Notes under the pieces: model-generated | Databases searched by the model: none | Told to the model about the DNA's origin: nothing | The model's input: only the letters and a program-made list of their open reading frames with translations | Translations under genes and position numbers: made by a program | Source of the DNA: Candidatus Sericytochromatia bacterium | GTDB taxonomy: Bacteria > Cyanobacteriota > Sericytochromatia > S15B-MN24 > JAQBPE01 | DNA: 64,000 nucleotides | Assembly (NCBI GenBank): GCA_035285125.1 | Contig: JAYKHR010000074.1 | Location: forward strand, 1 to 64,000 | Reading direction: 5' to 3' | Shown: positions 32,723 to 47,242 of the stretch, one piece after another | Layout: each line of letters opens with the position of its first letter | Numbering within the stretch: the first letter of the stretch is position 1

Positions 32723-33736
32723 TCAGGCGGGCTGAACCTCCACGACCACCTTGCCAAAGGCCGCCGCACCCTCCAGGCGCTCGAAGGCGTCAGCCACCCG
32801 TTCGAGCGGCCAGACGCTGTCCACGACGGGCGCAAAGGCCCCCGCGTCAGCCCATCGCAACATCTGGACGAACTCGGCGTCGGACCCCATGGTGGTGCCG
32901 AGGACGGTAAGCTGCTTCCAGAACAACTGGCGCAAGGCGACCTCCGAGGCCGGCCCCAGCGTCGACCCGTAGGTCACGATCCGGCCACCCGGCCTGGCAA
33001 CTTCGAGCAAGCGCCCAAAGACCGCCCCCCCGGCCCCGTCCATCACGAGGTCTGCCCCTCCGTCCATCATCTCCCGGAGTTGATCCGCCCACCCTGGCAC
33101 GGTGTAACACACGCCGCCCTCAGCCCCCAGGGCCTCAGCCTTCTTGAGCTTGTCAGGGCTGCCGGTGGTGACGAACACCCGGGCGCCACAGTAGCGCGCC
33201 ATCTGGATGAGGTAGGTCGCCACCCCACCGCCTGCTCCGGTCACGAGGACGCGCTCGTCCACCTGCACCTGCCCGCGCGTGACGAGCGCCCGAAACGCAG
33301 TGACGGCCGCCAGGGGAAGGGCCGCGGCCTCTTGCATCGAGAGCCCGGCGGGCTTGGTGTGGATGGCCGAGACAGGCACCGCGACGAGTTCGGCGAAGGT
33401 GCCGGGGTGCGGGCTGCCGAGGATCGAGAAGCCCGCGTCCTGCACAGCCTCGTGGCGGCCCCACCCCAGGCCCGGGTTGATGACCACCTCCCAGCCCAGC
33501 ACGGACGGGTCCACCTCGGCCCCGGCGGCCACAATCACACCGGCGGCATCTGAACCTGGCACCAGGGGAAGGTTGCCACCCGGGTAGAGGCCCTCACGGA
33601 GCCAGACGTCCCGCCGGTTCAGGGCCGCAGCGCAGACGCGTACCAGCACGTCGCCGGGACCAAGCTCCGGGTCGGGCCCCGTGGTGCAAGTGATCACCTC
33701 GGGCCCCCCGAATGACGAGACACGGACGACGCGCAC
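32723..33736 (-). CDS. Medium-chain dehydrogenase/reductase (quinone oxidoreductase-like)
   Basis: GGPEV, ALNRRD, PGSDAAG, GAGGGVA, GTTMGS, FGKVV. Confidence 0.88.
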   Translation of the reverse strand: MRVVRVSSFGGPEVITCTTGPDPELGPGDVLVRVCAAALNRRDVWLREGLYPGGNLPLVPGSDAAGVIVAAGAEVDPSVLGWEVVINPGLGWGRHEAVQDAGFSILGSPHPGTFAELVAVPVSAIHTKPAGLSMQEAAALPLAAVTAFRALVTRGQVQVDERVLVTGAGGGVATYLIQMARYCGARVFVTTGSPDKLKKAEALGAEGGVCYTVPGWADQLREMMDGGADLVMDGAGGAVFGRLLEVARPGGRIVTYGSTLGPASEVALRQLFWKQLTVLGTTMGSDAEFVQMLRWADAGAFAPVVDSVWPLERVADAFERLEGAAAFGKVVVEVQPA

Positions 33737-33817
33737 GGGGGCTGCCCTCCTTCCAGGCGCACCCCTTGTACCCGGCAGGGTGGCGCCCCGCTCAGGCCGG
33801 CGGCCTGGGCTGCGCCC

Positions 33818-35401
33818 TCAGCCGAGTTGGCCCTTGAGGGCGTCCTGGAACCGGTCGGCCTGACGCTCCTCCACGTCCACCGTGGCATAGCCCGCGTGCA
33901 GCTGGATGGAGCGCATGGAACTGCGAGCGATGCCCGTGGTCTGCGCGAGCCAGCCGTGGAAGGTGTCGCGGCTGGGGCGCTGCCCAGGCATCAGGTTCAC
34001 GCGGAAGGTCTGCCAGGTGGTGCGCATGCGCGGGAGCGGCGCCAACGGGCCGGTCGCCGGCCCGGCCTCCCGCAGGGAGTTGTTGTGGAGCACGGCAGCG
34101 GAGGTCTTCGGAGCCCGGCCGCCGCGGGCGCGCGGGCGCAGCCCCTCAGCCCCGGGCGCGAGCGGGACGGCCGGCGTGGCAGGCTCGGCTTCGGCTGGCC
34201 CCGGATCCTGTGGGTGCCGCTCGAAGCGCACGACCTTGCGAAGCTCCGCGAACACGGCCTCGGCCTCGGGCGTCACCAGGGCCAGGCTCTGCAGGCCCTG
34301 AGGAGCCGCTGCGGCGTGGGCCTCGTAAAGGGCAGCCTCGGTCGCGAGACCCGTCAGGTACAGGTGACCGGGGCCGCCGAAGTCGAGCCCCTTGGCAGCC
34401 AGGTCCGGCACCACCAGGAACCGGCACTCACCGCTCGCAAACCGCCTGAGGGCACTCTGCCGCTGGCTGGCCGCGGTGTCGGCGTTGAACGACTCGACGG
34501 CGCTCCTGCCAAAGCGCTCGAGGCGTTGCGCCAGCCTGCGCGCCTCGTGCTTGTTGCGGGCGATGACCAGCGCGCGCGCCGGGTTTTCCTGCTCGATCAC
34601 CGCGAGCAGGAAGTCCGTGCGCTGCTCGGTCCCCACCCGCGCGAAGCGGTGGCAAGGCGGCACGACCTGGGGAGCCGGTGGTTCGGCGGCAGCCGCTGGC
34701 GGGGCCGCGACGGGCTCGGGACGCCCCACCGGCGCTGGCGCGGCCTTGGGCTCCACGGGAGCGCTGACGGGCGGAGCCTCGGGTTCAGGAACGGAGACCC
34801 TCACCAGCAGCGGGTTGCTCAGGTGGTGCGCCACCGCCTCGACGCCCTCGGTGCGGTTCCAGAAAAAGAGCGCGGTCTGGTCGAGGCGCGGCAGCCGGTC
34901 GAGAAGGTACTCCACGTCCCGCCGCTGCACGGTGGTCATCAGCCGGTCGGCCCCATCCAGGACGAGGGTCCGCACAGCGTTGAGGTCGAGCTGCCGGATC
35001 GCGAACAGGTCCTTCACCAGGAACGGCGTGCCGATGACGATGTCGACGCCGCGTTTCACCAGTTGTTCCTGCGCCCCGCCGGCCTCGAACAGCGGGGCCA
35101 CCTTCAAGATGCCCTGGGCCAAGGGCGCCAGCCGCTTGTACACGCGCGCAGCGCGCTCAGCGGAGGGCACCAGGACCACGGCCTGCGGCTTGCTCAGAGG
35201 GTCGAACATGGAGAGCAGGGGGAGCCCGTAGGCGAGGGTCTCACCCGAGTGGGGCCCGGCGTGGACCAGGATGTCCCGGCCCTCCAGCATCGCGGGGATG
35301 ACCTGGGCCTGGGTCTCGGTGAGGACGGCGGGCGTCTCAGGGGCCGCCAGGCGCTCGAGCAGTGCGGGGTGCAGCGGGAAGTCTTCGAAGGACGTCGTCA
35401 A
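33818..35401 (-). CDS. Degenerate DEAD-box helicase-like protein with DbpA-like C-terminal domain
   Basis: Q motif FEDF...TETQ, SGET (Walker A K>E), GTP, LDGAD; motif VI absent; TTG start after GGAAAGGA. Confidence 0.8.
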   Translation of the reverse strand: MTTSFEDFPLHPALLERLAAPETPAVLTETQAQVIPAMLEGRDILVHAGPHSGETLAYGLPLLSMFDPLSKPQAVVLVPSAERAARVYKRLAPLAQGILKVAPLFEAGGAQEQLVKRGVDIVIGTPFLVKDLFAIRQLDLNAVRTLVLDGADRLMTTVQRRDVEYLLDRLPRLDQTALFFWNRTEGVEAVAHHLSNPLLVRVSVPEPEAPPVSAPVEPKAAPAPVGRPEPVAAPPAAAAEPPAPQVVPPCHRFARVGTEQRTDFLLAVIEQENPARALVIARNKHEARRLAQRLERFGRSAVESFNADTAASQRQSALRRFASGECRFLVVPDLAAKGLDFGGPGHLYLTGLATEAALYEAHAAAAPQGLQSLALVTPEAEAVFAELRKVVRFERHPQDPGPAEAEPATPAVPLAPGAEGLRPRARGGRAPKTSAAVLHNNSLREAGPATGPLAPLPRMRTTWQTFRVNLMPGQRPSRDTFHGWLAQTTGIARSSMRSIQLHAGYATVDVEERQADRFQDALKGQLG

Positions 35402-35825
35402 TGCTGTTCCTTTCCACGCGGTGCGCGAACCTTGCAGCGTCGCCCGCGACCACCCCTGGGGCAGGGCCTGGAAACCAGGCGAGCCACGAGCGGGGGGCGA
35501 GCAGGCCGCTGGTCGGGGCCGATGGCCAGTCAGACGGAGCGCGCGAAAGCGTGTTGAATGTCGGTTCGGCGGGAGGCCGCTATGGCTCTCCCCGGCCGAT
35601 TGTACCACCATCACAGCGGACCGTCAGGGCGCGCAGGCCGCCATCGGGCTCCCACGCGCCACACCACGACGGCCCGGTGGTATAATCCTGGCGTGGTTGG
35701 TGATTGCCTCGTCCTGCCTGGGGCCGTATAACGGTTCCCGGGGACTCACGGCCCCGAGACCGAGCAACTGAATACGCCGGAGCGCAAGGTGGCGCCACGG
35801 CTTCCTGGAGTGGGAGGTTCACCCT

Positions 35826-36164
35826 ATGGGACACGAACAGGAGCTCCGTGGCGGACGCAGCGGGAGCTGGGACCTCGTCGGCGGCCTGATGGTGGGCGCA
35901 GTCGGGGGCTTTATGCTCGGCGTGCTGCTGGCCCCCAGGCAGGGAGACGCCGCCCGGGACCGCATCGACGAGTCGCTGGAGGATTTCCGGGACCGGGCCG
36001 AGGACTTCATCGGCAACCTGCGCGGCAACACCGAGAACCTGCTGAACCAGACACGCACCGCCATCGAAGAGCGCATCACCCTCATCACCGAGGCCATCGA
36101 GGAGGGCCGCAAGGCCGCTGATGACAAGCGGGCCGAGTTGGTCGTCGAGCAGGAAGGGTCCTGA
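35826..36164 (+). CDS. YtxH domain-containing protein
   Basis: GLMVGAVGGFMLGVLLAPRQGDAARDRI followed by an amphipathic helix. Confidence 0.8.
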   Translation: MGHEQELRGGRSGSWDLVGGLMVGAVGGFMLGVLLAPRQGDAARDRIDESLEDFRDRAEDFIGNLRGNTENLLNQTRTAIEERITLITEAIEEGRKAADDKRAELVVEQEGS

Positions 36165-36195
36165 GACCCCAGGCCTAAGGCCAGAGGAGGTCCCC

Positions 36196-36546
36196 ATGGC
36201 GAGAAAACCGGCAAGCTACCTGGCGGGTTCGATGCTCCTTGGCACGGCCATCGGGGCCGTGGTGGGGTTGCTGACAGCGCCCATGGCAGGCAAGGAGCTA
36301 CGCGGCGCCCTCAGGCGCAAGGTTGAGGAGGCCGGCGAGCTCGGCTCGACACGCCTCAGGGAAGTGCCCGACCGGCTCAAAACCCTGCCAGGCGCGAGCC
36401 AGCGCCTGGCGGCCGCGCTTCCTGAGCACGGCAAACGGCTGGTTGCGAAGGTGGTGCCCGGCTGGCGGCCCACCGAGCCTGATGGTGCCGCGCCGGGAGG
36501 GGCCGGCGAGGAGCCCGCCTCCCCCGAACACCCGCCTGGAGGTTGA
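36196..36546 (+). CDS. Second YtxH domain-containing protein
   Basis: GAGGAGG RBS; LGTAIGAVVGLLTAPMAGKELR. Confidence 0.75.
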   Translation: MARKPASYLAGSMLLGTAIGAVVGLLTAPMAGKELRGALRRKVEEAGELGSTRLREVPDRLKTLPGASQRLAAALPEHGKRLVAKVVPGWRPTEPDGAAPGGAGEEPASPEHPPGG

Positions 36547-36549
36547 ACC

Positions 36550-37464
36550 GTGGCCGCTCTGACCGACATCACCCGGATGCTGGACATCCGCTTCCCCATC
36601 ATTGCGGCGCCGATGTTCCTCGTCTCGAACCCCGAGATGATGGTCGCGGTCGGAGAGGCGGGTGGCCTCGGCACGATGCCGGCGCTGAACGCCCGCACCA
36701 CCGAGGCCTTCCGGGAGGCGCTGCGCGCAGTGAAGGCGCGCACGAATGCGCCCTTTGGCGTGAACCTGATCCTGCTCGGCAACCCCCGCCTCCGCGAAGA
36801 CCTGGCAGTCTGCCTGGACGAGCGGGTGCCGCTGCTCATCACCAGCCTCGGAGACCCGACCGAGGTGATCGCCGCCGCCCACGAGGCTGGCACGCGGGTG
36901 TTCTGCGATGTCGTGAACGTGCGCCACGCCCAAAAGGCCAAGGCCGCTGGGGCGGACGCCCTGGTGGCCGTCGCCCACGGCGCTGGCGGTCACGCTGGCA
37001 CCATCTCCTCGACCGTGCTCGTGCCCTGGCTGAAACGCGAGGTCGGCCTGCCCGTCGTGGCCGCGGGCGGCCTCGCCGATGGCGCAAGCCTGGCGGCCTC
37101 GCTGGCGCTGGGTGCCGGGGCCGGCTACTTCGGCACCCGGTTCATCGCCAGCACCGAGGCTCCCGTCGGCGATGACTTCAAGCAGGCCATCTGCGCGGCA
37201 TCGCCAGAAGACATCGTCTACACCCCCGACGTCACCGGCCACCCGGCCAACTTCCTCAAGGACAGCCTGGCCCAGTGGCGGGAGCGGGGCGCGGACGGCG
37301 GCAGCGACCTCAAGAAGTGGCGTGACGTTTGGAGCGCCGGGCAAACGGTAGGCCTGATCGAGACCACCAAGCCGTGCGCCGAGATCGTGGCTGACATCAT
37401 GGCGGAATACGAGGCCGTCAGGGCAGGGCTGCCCGGCTTCGCGGGGGCCGCGCTGCAGGCCTGA
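36550..37464 (+). CDS. Nitronate monooxygenase / FabK-like flavoprotein
   Basis: PIIAAPMFLVS, PFGVNL, GAGGHAG, AAGGLADG, GTRFIA, WSAGQ. Confidence 0.88.
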   Translation: MAALTDITRMLDIRFPIIAAPMFLVSNPEMMVAVGEAGGLGTMPALNARTTEAFREALRAVKARTNAPFGVNLILLGNPRLREDLAVCLDERVPLLITSLGDPTEVIAAAHEAGTRVFCDVVNVRHAQKAKAAGADALVAVAHGAGGHAGTISSTVLVPWLKREVGLPVVAAGGLADGASLAASLALGAGAGYFGTRFIASTEAPVGDDFKQAICAASPEDIVYTPDVTGHPANFLKDSLAQWRERGADGGSDLKKWRDVWSAGQTVGLIETTKPCAEIVADIMAEYEAVRAGLPGFAGAALQA

Positions 37465-37538
37465 TGCCCGCGGCGGCCAGCGGTCCCGGTCCAACCCGGC
37501 GAGCGCTGACGTTCTCCGACCGTCAGACCCTGCGCACC

Positions 37539-38690
37539 TCAGTCCCGGCGCGCCAGGGACGGCACGGCCAGGGCTGCCGCGACGCGTCCAACCGCGCGGA
37601 CGGCGGCATCCACCTCCACCTCGGTGCTGTTCCAGCCCAGGCTCAGGCGCAGGCTACCCTGCACCTCGGCCTCCGAAAGGCCCAGGGCACGGAGCACCGG
37701 GCTGCCCGGGGTGCCCAGCACCGTGCAGGCCGCCCCCGTCGAGGCCGCGACGCCGGCCAGGTCGAGTTGCTCCACCAGCGCCTCGCCCGTCAACCCGGGA
37801 AACACCACGGACGAGAGGTGAGGCGCGCGCCAGGCGCCATCGCCCAGCACGCGGGCAGCGGGCACCACGGCCAGGATGCCTGACTCCAGGCGGTCCCGCA
37901 AGCGAGCCAGCCTCGCTGCCTCCTGGTGCCTAGCGGCGAGGGCTTCTCCGGCGGCCGAGCCGAAGGCGGCGATCGCCGCAACGGCCAGGGTTCCTGGCCG
38001 CCGACCGGCCTCGTGCGGCCCCCCGTGTAACACGGGCCGCAGGCGAGCGCGCCCACCCACCGCCAGCGCCCCGATGCCCTGCGGCCCTCCCAGCTTGTGG
38101 GCGGAAACGGACAGGAGGTCGGCCCCCCAGGGGGCCGGGTCCAGGACGCCGAGGGCTTGCACGGCGTCGACGTGCAGCCAGGCCCCAGCCGCCCGGACCT
38201 CGGCGCCCATCGGCCCGAGGTCCTGCACCACGCCCATCTCGTTGTTCACGGCCATGATGGAGACCAGCGAGGGCCCGCGCGCCAGGGCCTCCCTCAGGGC
38301 CCCGGGAATGACGCGGCCGGCGCCGTCCACTGGCAGCACCTCGACCTCCCAGCCCCGCGCAGCCAGGGCCGCATGCGGGCCTCGCACGCAGCTGTGCTCG
38401 ATGGCCGTGTGGAGGCTGCGCCGGGCCCGCCCCTCTGCCTCCATGGCGGCCGCAGCCCCGAGAATGGCGAGGTTGTTGGCCTCGGTCCCGGAGGCCGTGA
38501 AAACGACGTGGGCGGGCAAACAGCCCATCAGCGCAGCCACGGCCTGACGCGCGCTCTCCACACGGGCAGCGGCCCTGCGGCCTTGCGCGTGGCGGCTGGC
38601 CGGGTTGCCCGGCTCGGCCACGGCCGCCAGCCAGGCGTCCCGGGCGGCGGGACGGAGGGGGCTGCTGGCCGCGTGATCCAGGTATGCCAT
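37539..38690 (-). CDS. Cysteine desulfurase (IscS/NifS class)
   Basis: YLDHAASSP, GNPAS, SGTEANN, HVDAVQ, SAHKLGGP, STGAAC. Confidence 0.9.
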   Translation of the reverse strand: MAYLDHAASSPLRPAARDAWLAAVAEPGNPASRHAQGRRAAARVESARQAVAALMGCLPAHVVFTASGTEANNLAILGAAAAMEAEGRARRSLHTAIEHSCVRGPHAALAARGWEVEVLPVDGAGRVIPGALREALARGPSLVSIMAVNNEMGVVQDLGPMGAEVRAAGAWLHVDAVQALGVLDPAPWGADLLSVSAHKLGGPQGIGALAVGGRARLRPVLHGGPHEAGRRPGTLAVAAIAAFGSAAGEALAARHQEAARLARLRDRLESGILAVVPAARVLGDGAWRAPHLSSVVFPGLTGEALVEQLDLAGVAASTGAACTVLGTPGSPVLRALGLSEAEVQGSLRLSLGWNSTEVEVDAAVRAVGRVAAALAVPSLARRD

Positions 38691-38769
38691 GGCGCCATGA
38701 TAGCGCCCCCCGGACGGCGCGGGGAAGCGCTGGGCTGTGCTATGATCCCGCCCTCGAAAGGAGGGCGCG

Positions 38770-42245
<3,476 letters not shown>

Positions 42246-42324
42246 CGGCCTCGGTGTTATGCAACACGGCGCTGCGGGTGGCGGCGTGATATACCGGGAT
42301 CACCTATGACACAGGTGATCCCGC

Positions 42325-43863
42325 ATGTCCGCTGACAACGCGCCCGCGGTGGGCTCGGTCGACCAGGTCCAGACCCTCGAACGCAGGCTCATCGACGAGT
42401 GGGGTTTCCCGGCGCTGGCGCTGATGGAGCGGGCCGCCTTGCAGGTGGCCCGGTTCCTCGACGTGAACCTGCCGGGGGCCCCCGTGGTGTTGGTGGCCGG
42501 CACGGGCAACAATGGCGCAGATGGCCTCGCCGTGGCGCGACTGCTCGTCGACCGGGGGCGCCAGGTCCGCATCCTGACGGTCGGCAGCGCCCTCGGGGAG
42601 CTGGCGTCCCGCCAGATGGCGTGGCTCGCCCGGCGCGGCGTCCAGTCCCGTAACTTTGCTGGGGCCGAGTCCTTCGGGCCCGAGTGGGTGCTGCTGGACG
42701 CCCTGTTCGGCACGGGCCTCAACCGCCCCCTCAAAAGCGACGCCATCCTCGCGATCGACTGGATTAATCGGAACGACTGGCGCGCCGTCATCTCCGTCGA
42801 CGTGCCGAGCGGCATGAACGCAGACTCCGGGGAGCCGATGGGCGCGTGCGTGCGCGCGACCCACACCATCACCCTCGGGATGCTCAAGACCGGCCTGATG
42901 ACAGACCATGCCCTCCTGCGGCTCGGAAGGCTCTGGCTGGCGGAAATCGGCTTCCCACCGACCATGGCGGAGCAGATGCCCGGCCGCCTGAACGTACCTG
43001 CGCCGCTCCCCCGGCCCCAGCCAGACGCCCACAAGGGCACCCTTGGCACGGTGCTGACCATCGCCGGTTCGGCCACCATGACCGGTGCGGCCGTGCTCTC
43101 GGCCCGGGCGGCCGCCAGGTCGGGCATCGGCCTGGCCTACCTCGGGGTGCCGGCCAGCCACCGGGATGCCATCGCCGTTGGGCTGCCGGAGGCGATCGTG
43201 CTCCCGCTGCCGGAGCTTGACGGCAGCATCGGCCCGGAGTCGGTGCCGATGCTGGAAGCCCAGCTTTCGCGCTGCAAGGCCGTCGTGGTGGGGCCCGGCC
43301 TCGGACAGTCGCCGCGCATCGCCGAGCTGGTCAGGGCGCTGCTTGAGACCTACCCGGGCCCCGTCGTGCTCGACGCCGACGCCCTGCCACGCGGTGACGC
43401 CTCCCTGCCGCACCGGCAAGGGCCCGTCATCATGACGCCCCACCCGGGTGAGCTGGCCCGGATGACGGGAGCCCGGGCCGACGACGTGCAGCGCAACAGG
43501 CTGCAACACGCCCTGGAGGTCGCGCGGCGTCACCGGGCCATCGTGGTGCTGAAGGGGGCCCGGACCATCATCGCCCGGCCCGACGGCACCTACGCCATCA
43601 ACGCGACGGGGTCCCCCCTGCTGGCCACGGCGGGAAGTGGGGACGTGCTCGCAGGCCTCATCGGCGGCCTGCTCGGCCGGGGCCTCGGCGCCTTCGAAGC
43701 GGCGGCAACGGGCGTCTGGCTGCACGGTCGAGCAGCCGATCTCGCGCGCGACGCGGGCATGGTAAGCTTGATCGCCACCGATGTGATCGAGCGCCTCCCC
43801 ACCCTGCTCGGGCACGCGCCCAGCGCGCCGGCAGGGACGGAAGACCTGCGGTCGATCCCCTGA
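42325..43863 (+). CDS. nnr: Bifunctional NAD(P)H-hydrate epimerase/dehydratase
   Basis: [41 protein letters not shown]. Confidence 0.92.
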   Translation: MSADNAPAVGSVDQVQTLERRLIDEWGFPALALMERAALQVARFLDVNLPGAPVVLVAGTGNNGADGLAVARLLVDRGRQVRILTVGSALGELASRQMAWLARRGVQSRNFAGAESFGPEWVLLDALFGTGLNRPLKSDAILAIDWINRNDWRAVISVDVPSGMNADSGEPMGACVRATHTITLGMLKTGLMTDHALLRLGRLWLAEIGFPPTMAEQMPGRLNVPAPLPRPQPDAHKGTLGTVLTIAGSATMTGAAVLSARAAARSGIGLAYLGVPASHRDAIAVGLPEAIVLPLPELDGSIGPESVPMLEAQLSRCKAVVVGPGLGQSPRIAELVRALLETYPGPVVLDADALPRGDASLPHRQGPVIMTPHPGELARMTGARADDVQRNRLQHALEVARRHRAIVVLKGARTIIARPDGTYAINATGSPLLATAGSGDVLAGLIGGLLGRGLGAFEAAATGVWLHGRAADLARDAGMVSLIATDVIERLPTLLGHAPSAPAGTEDLRSIP

Positions 43864-43906
43864 GCCGCAGCGTCGCGGCTCTCCGCACGAAGGAGTCGCG
43901 AAGCCT

Positions 43907-44929
43907 ATGAACAGCCCAGCCACCGGCACCAAGCAGAGCACTGTCAACGTCGGCATGGAGCGCGCCCTCGCGCTCGACGTGGTGCAGGTGGTCGAGGCCG
44001 CCGCGCTGGGAGCCAGCCGGCTGATGGGCCGCGGAGACCGGGACGGCTCCGACCACGAGGCCGTCGAGGCCATGCGCCTTGCCTTCAACAACCTCGACAT
44101 CGACGGAACGATCGTCATCGGCGAGGGCGAGCGGGACGAGGCGCCCATGCTCTACATTGGCGAGAAGGTTGGGCGCGCGGGCCCCGGCGCCTTCCACGTC
44201 GACATTGCGGTGGACCCGCTCGAGGGCACCAACCTGGTAGCAACGGGCGCGAACAATGCGATCGCGGTCATGGCGATGGCCGAGGCCGGCGGCCTGCTGC
44301 ATGCACCCGACACGTACATGGAGAAGCTCATCGTCGGACCGGCTGCGGCGGGCAAGGTCGACATCACGGCCCCGGTCAAGACGAACCTGGCCATCATCGC
44401 GATGTCCTTGAACCGGGAAATCGCCGACCTGACGGTGGTCATCCTCGACCGGCCGCGGCACACGGAGCTGATCGGCCAGGTCCGCGACGCGGGCGCCCGC
44501 ATCCGCCTCATCGGCGACGGTGACGTCACGGGGGGCCTGGCGGCGGCCATCGCCGGCTCAGGCGTCCACGCCGTGATGGGCACCGGCGGCGCGCCGGAGG
44601 GCGTGCTCACGGCCGCCGCCATGCGCTGCCTCGGGGGCGAGATCCAGGCCATCATCCGCCCACGCAACGAGGAAGAGGCTGCCCGCGCCCGCACGATGGG
44701 CATCGACCTCGACAAGGTCTACACCACGACGGACCTGGCGCCTGGCCGGGAGATCCTGTTTGCGGCCACGGGCATCACGGATGGCGAGATCCTCAAGGGC
44801 GTGAGGTTCTTCGGCGCCGGCGCGCGCACAGCCTCGATCGTCATGGGTGCCTCGACGCGCTTCGTGCGGTTCATCGACACCGTGCACATGGCGGACGGCC
44901 AGCGCAAGACGCCCATCCGGCTGGAGTGA
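43907..44929 (+). CDS. glpX: Class II fructose-1,6-bisphosphatase (FBPase/SBPase type)
   Basis: [46 protein letters not shown]. Confidence 0.95.
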   Translation: MNSPATGTKQSTVNVGMERALALDVVQVVEAAALGASRLMGRGDRDGSDHEAVEAMRLAFNNLDIDGTIVIGEGERDEAPMLYIGEKVGRAGPGAFHVDIAVDPLEGTNLVATGANNAIAVMAMAEAGGLLHAPDTYMEKLIVGPAAAGKVDITAPVKTNLAIIAMSLNREIADLTVVILDRPRHTELIGQVRDAGARIRLIGDGDVTGGLAAAIAGSGVHAVMGTGGAPEGVLTAAAMRCLGGEIQAIIRPRNEEEAARARTMGIDLDKVYTTTDLAPGREILFAATGITDGEILKGVRFFGAGARTASIVMGASTRFVRFIDTVHMADGQRKTPIRLE

Positions 44930-46095
44930 CGCCCCACTGGATGTCGTACCTCGCCTTCCTCGCCGTCCAGCAGCTCCGGGCGCGCCCATGGCAAAGCGCC
45001 CTGCTCGTTCTGTCCGTGAGCCTTGGCGTGGCCATTCTCACGACAGCGCTCTCGCTGACGAACGGGTTCGAGAAGGACCTGGTGGATCGCCTGCTCGGCA
45101 CCTCGCCCCACGTCGCCATCCACGAACCACTGACGGGTCGGCTCACCGACCACGAGGCCATCGCCCGCCGGCTGTCGGGGCGGCCGAACGTCCTGGCCGT
45201 GACCCCTTACGTACAGGGCCAGGGGCTGGTGACGACGGAGGCCAAGACCACGGTGGGGGTCCTGGTCAGAGGCGTCGATCCACGCCTCGAGCGGGCCAAC
45301 CCGACGTGGCAACGCTACATGCGCTCGGGCACGCTTTCCCCGGGAGGCCTGGTGCTCGGCTCTGAGGTCGCGCGGAAGCTCGGTCTCGCCGAGGGCGACC
45401 GAGCCTGGCTCGTCACGGGGCTCGGACAGCGGCGCGGCCTGACGGTCACAGGGATCTTCGAGACGGGACTTTACGACTTCGACGCCCACGTTGCGATGGT
45501 CTCCCTGCAGGACGCTCAGCGGGCCTTCGGGCTGGGCGACGCCGTGAGCGGCCTGGGCGTCAGCTTGGACGACGTGTTCCAGGCTCCTGCGCTGGCGCAG
45601 ACCTGGTCTCGGGAGCTTGAGGTGGGTGCGCGAGCCTGGACGGAACAGAACCGGCCCTTGCTGCAGGCGATGTTCCTTGAGCGCGTCGTCATCTTCATTG
45701 TCATCATGTTCATCGTGCTGGTGGCGATGATGGGCGTGGGCAGCACGATGGCGATGTGGGTGATCGAGAAGAACCGGGAGATCAGCCTGCTGCGCGCGGT
45801 AGGGGCCAGTGCCCGGGAAGCGGGGCGGCTCTTTGTCGTGCAGGGAACGCTCATCAGCGTGGTGGGGGTGGTGCTCGGCTCCCTGGGTGGCGTGGTCCTG
45901 TCGAGCCTCCTCGCTGTCTTCCCGCTCCAACTGGCCGGCGAAGTCTACTTCCTGTCTCGGCTTCCCGTCGATATGCAGGCCCGGGACTTCGTCCTGGTCG
46001 CGCTGGCCACGCTGGTGTTGAGCCCTGTGGCGAGCCTGCTGCCGGCCTGGCGGGCGATGCGGCTGGACCCCATCGAGGTCATCCGGCGCACCTGA
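44926..46095 (+). CDS. LolC/E (FtsX-like) ABC transporter permease
   Basis: [50 protein letters not shown]. Confidence 0.88.
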   Translation: MTPHWMSYLAFLAVQQLRARPWQSALLVLSVSLGVAILTTALSLTNGFEKDLVDRLLGTSPHVAIHEPLTGRLTDHEAIARRLSGRPNVLAVTPYVQGQGLVTTEAKTTVGVLVRGVDPRLERANPTWQRYMRSGTLSPGGLVLGSEVARKLGLAEGDRAWLVTGLGQRRGLTVTGIFETGLYDFDAHVAMVSLQDAQRAFGLGDAVSGLGVSLDDVFQAPALAQTWSRELEVGARAWTEQNRPLLQAMFLERVVIFIVIMFIVLVAMMGVGSTMAMWVIEKNREISLLRAVGASAREAGRLFVVQGTLISVVGVVLGSLGGVVLSSLLAVFPLQLAGEVYFLSRLPVDMQARDFVLVALATLVLSPVASLLPAWRAMRLDPIEVIRRT

Positions 46096-46121
46096 CGCGC
46101 CGTCCGGAGGCTGCCTTTTCG

Positions 46122-46745
46122 ATGCGCGCTCCACCCTGGCGCCCCTGGTTCTCAGCCACCCTGTTGCTGTCGTTGACGGGCTGCTGGTGGCTGCGCGGCG
46201 TGCCAGCACCGCCTGACGGGAGCCGGCTCGGGGCCTGGCAGCTGTCGCGGCTGGGGGTCGTCACCTTTGCCGACGCGACCTACCAGGACGCTGGGCCTCG
46301 CGTGGGCCGCCTGTTCGCCGAGGCGCTCGCGGCCTCGCTCGGGGCATCGCGGGCGGTGCTGCTCGCGACGGGCGGGGCCGACGTCGGCTTCATCGGGGTC
46401 GGGCAGGCCCAACGCCTGGGAACCAGCCACGGCGTGGACGGGCTGGTGACAGGCCAGGTGCTGGTCCACGGACCGGAGGGCGAGGCGCCGGGCGCCAGCG
46501 TCGTCGTCGGCGTGCGCTTGCTGGACGCCAACCGAGGGTCTATCATATGGTCCCGAACCGTCGCCGGCCACGCTGGCGCGCCCGAGGCGGCGACGCTGGA
46601 CGCCAACCTGGAACTCGCTGCCGCGCGCGCGGCGAAGGAGCTGATCGATGACCTCTTGGCACCTCCCCCGGACGCTGCTGGCGACTGGCGCCGTCCTGAG
46701 CGCCCTCCTGGTACCCGCGCCGGCCCACGCGTTGCTCGGGGTTGA
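46122..46745 (+). CDS. Hypothetical lipoprotein (possible CsgG/LpoB-like fold)
   Basis: LLLSLTGC lipobox; GVDGLVTGQV...VRLLDANRGSIIWS; overlaps the next gene. Confidence 0.55.
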   Translation: MRAPPWRPWFSATLLLSLTGCWWLRGVPAPPDGSRLGAWQLSRLGVVTFADATYQDAGPRVGRLFAEALAASLGASRAVLLATGGADVGFIGVGQAQRLGTSHGVDGLVTGQVLVHGPEGEAPGASVVVGVRLLDANRGSIIWSRTVAGHAGAPEAATLDANLELAAARAAKELIDDLLAPPPDAAGDWRRPERPPGTRAGPRVARG

Positions 46746-47223
46746 TGCGAAGGCGGGGGCCGGCATCCAGGCCACCTCCGGCCTCGGCCTGGCGCTGAAC
46801 GCCGAGGCGCACGTCGGCGTCCTCGGCTGGGGCGTTCGGGGCCACTACTGGCAGCGCCTGTTCTCCAACTCGCAGCTCAGCTGGATGGCCGCCACCGTCG
46901 GCAAGAACGTCTCGCCCGTGCCGATGATCAACGTGTCCCCTGGCGTGGGTGTTGCCGGGCTCGGCCAGGGCGCTACGACGCTGGGGCCCCTGGGCACCAT
47001 CCACGCGTCCTTCTCGCCCGTGCTCCTGCCCGTCTCCGTGGAGGCGAGCGTGGGGGCGGCGTGGCTGGGTGGCACCAGCTTGGTGCTTCCGTATTCGGTG
47101 GGCGCCAAAGTATCCTTGATTCCGTTCACGGGCGTGACGCTTCGTTACCGGGGTTTCGAGGGCAACAACGCCCTGCTGAGCGGCGCCAACGGACCGGAAC
47201 TCGGAGTCGAGGTCGGAATCTGA
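46648..47223 (+). CDS. Putative small outer-membrane beta-barrel protein
   Basis: Signal peptide (PAHA), alternating beta-strand pattern, terminal GVEVGI. Confidence 0.6.
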   Translation: MTSWHLPRTLLATGAVLSALLVPAPAHALLGVDAKAGAGIQATSGLGLALNAEAHVGVLGWGVRGHYWQRLFSNSQLSWMAATVGKNVSPVPMINVSPGVGVAGLGQGATTLGPLGTIHASFSPVLLPVSVEASVGAAWLGGTSLVLPYSVGAKVSLIPFTGVTLRYRGFEGNNALLSGANGPELGVEVGI

Positions 47224-47242
47224 CGGCCGCTGAGGGGGAGTC

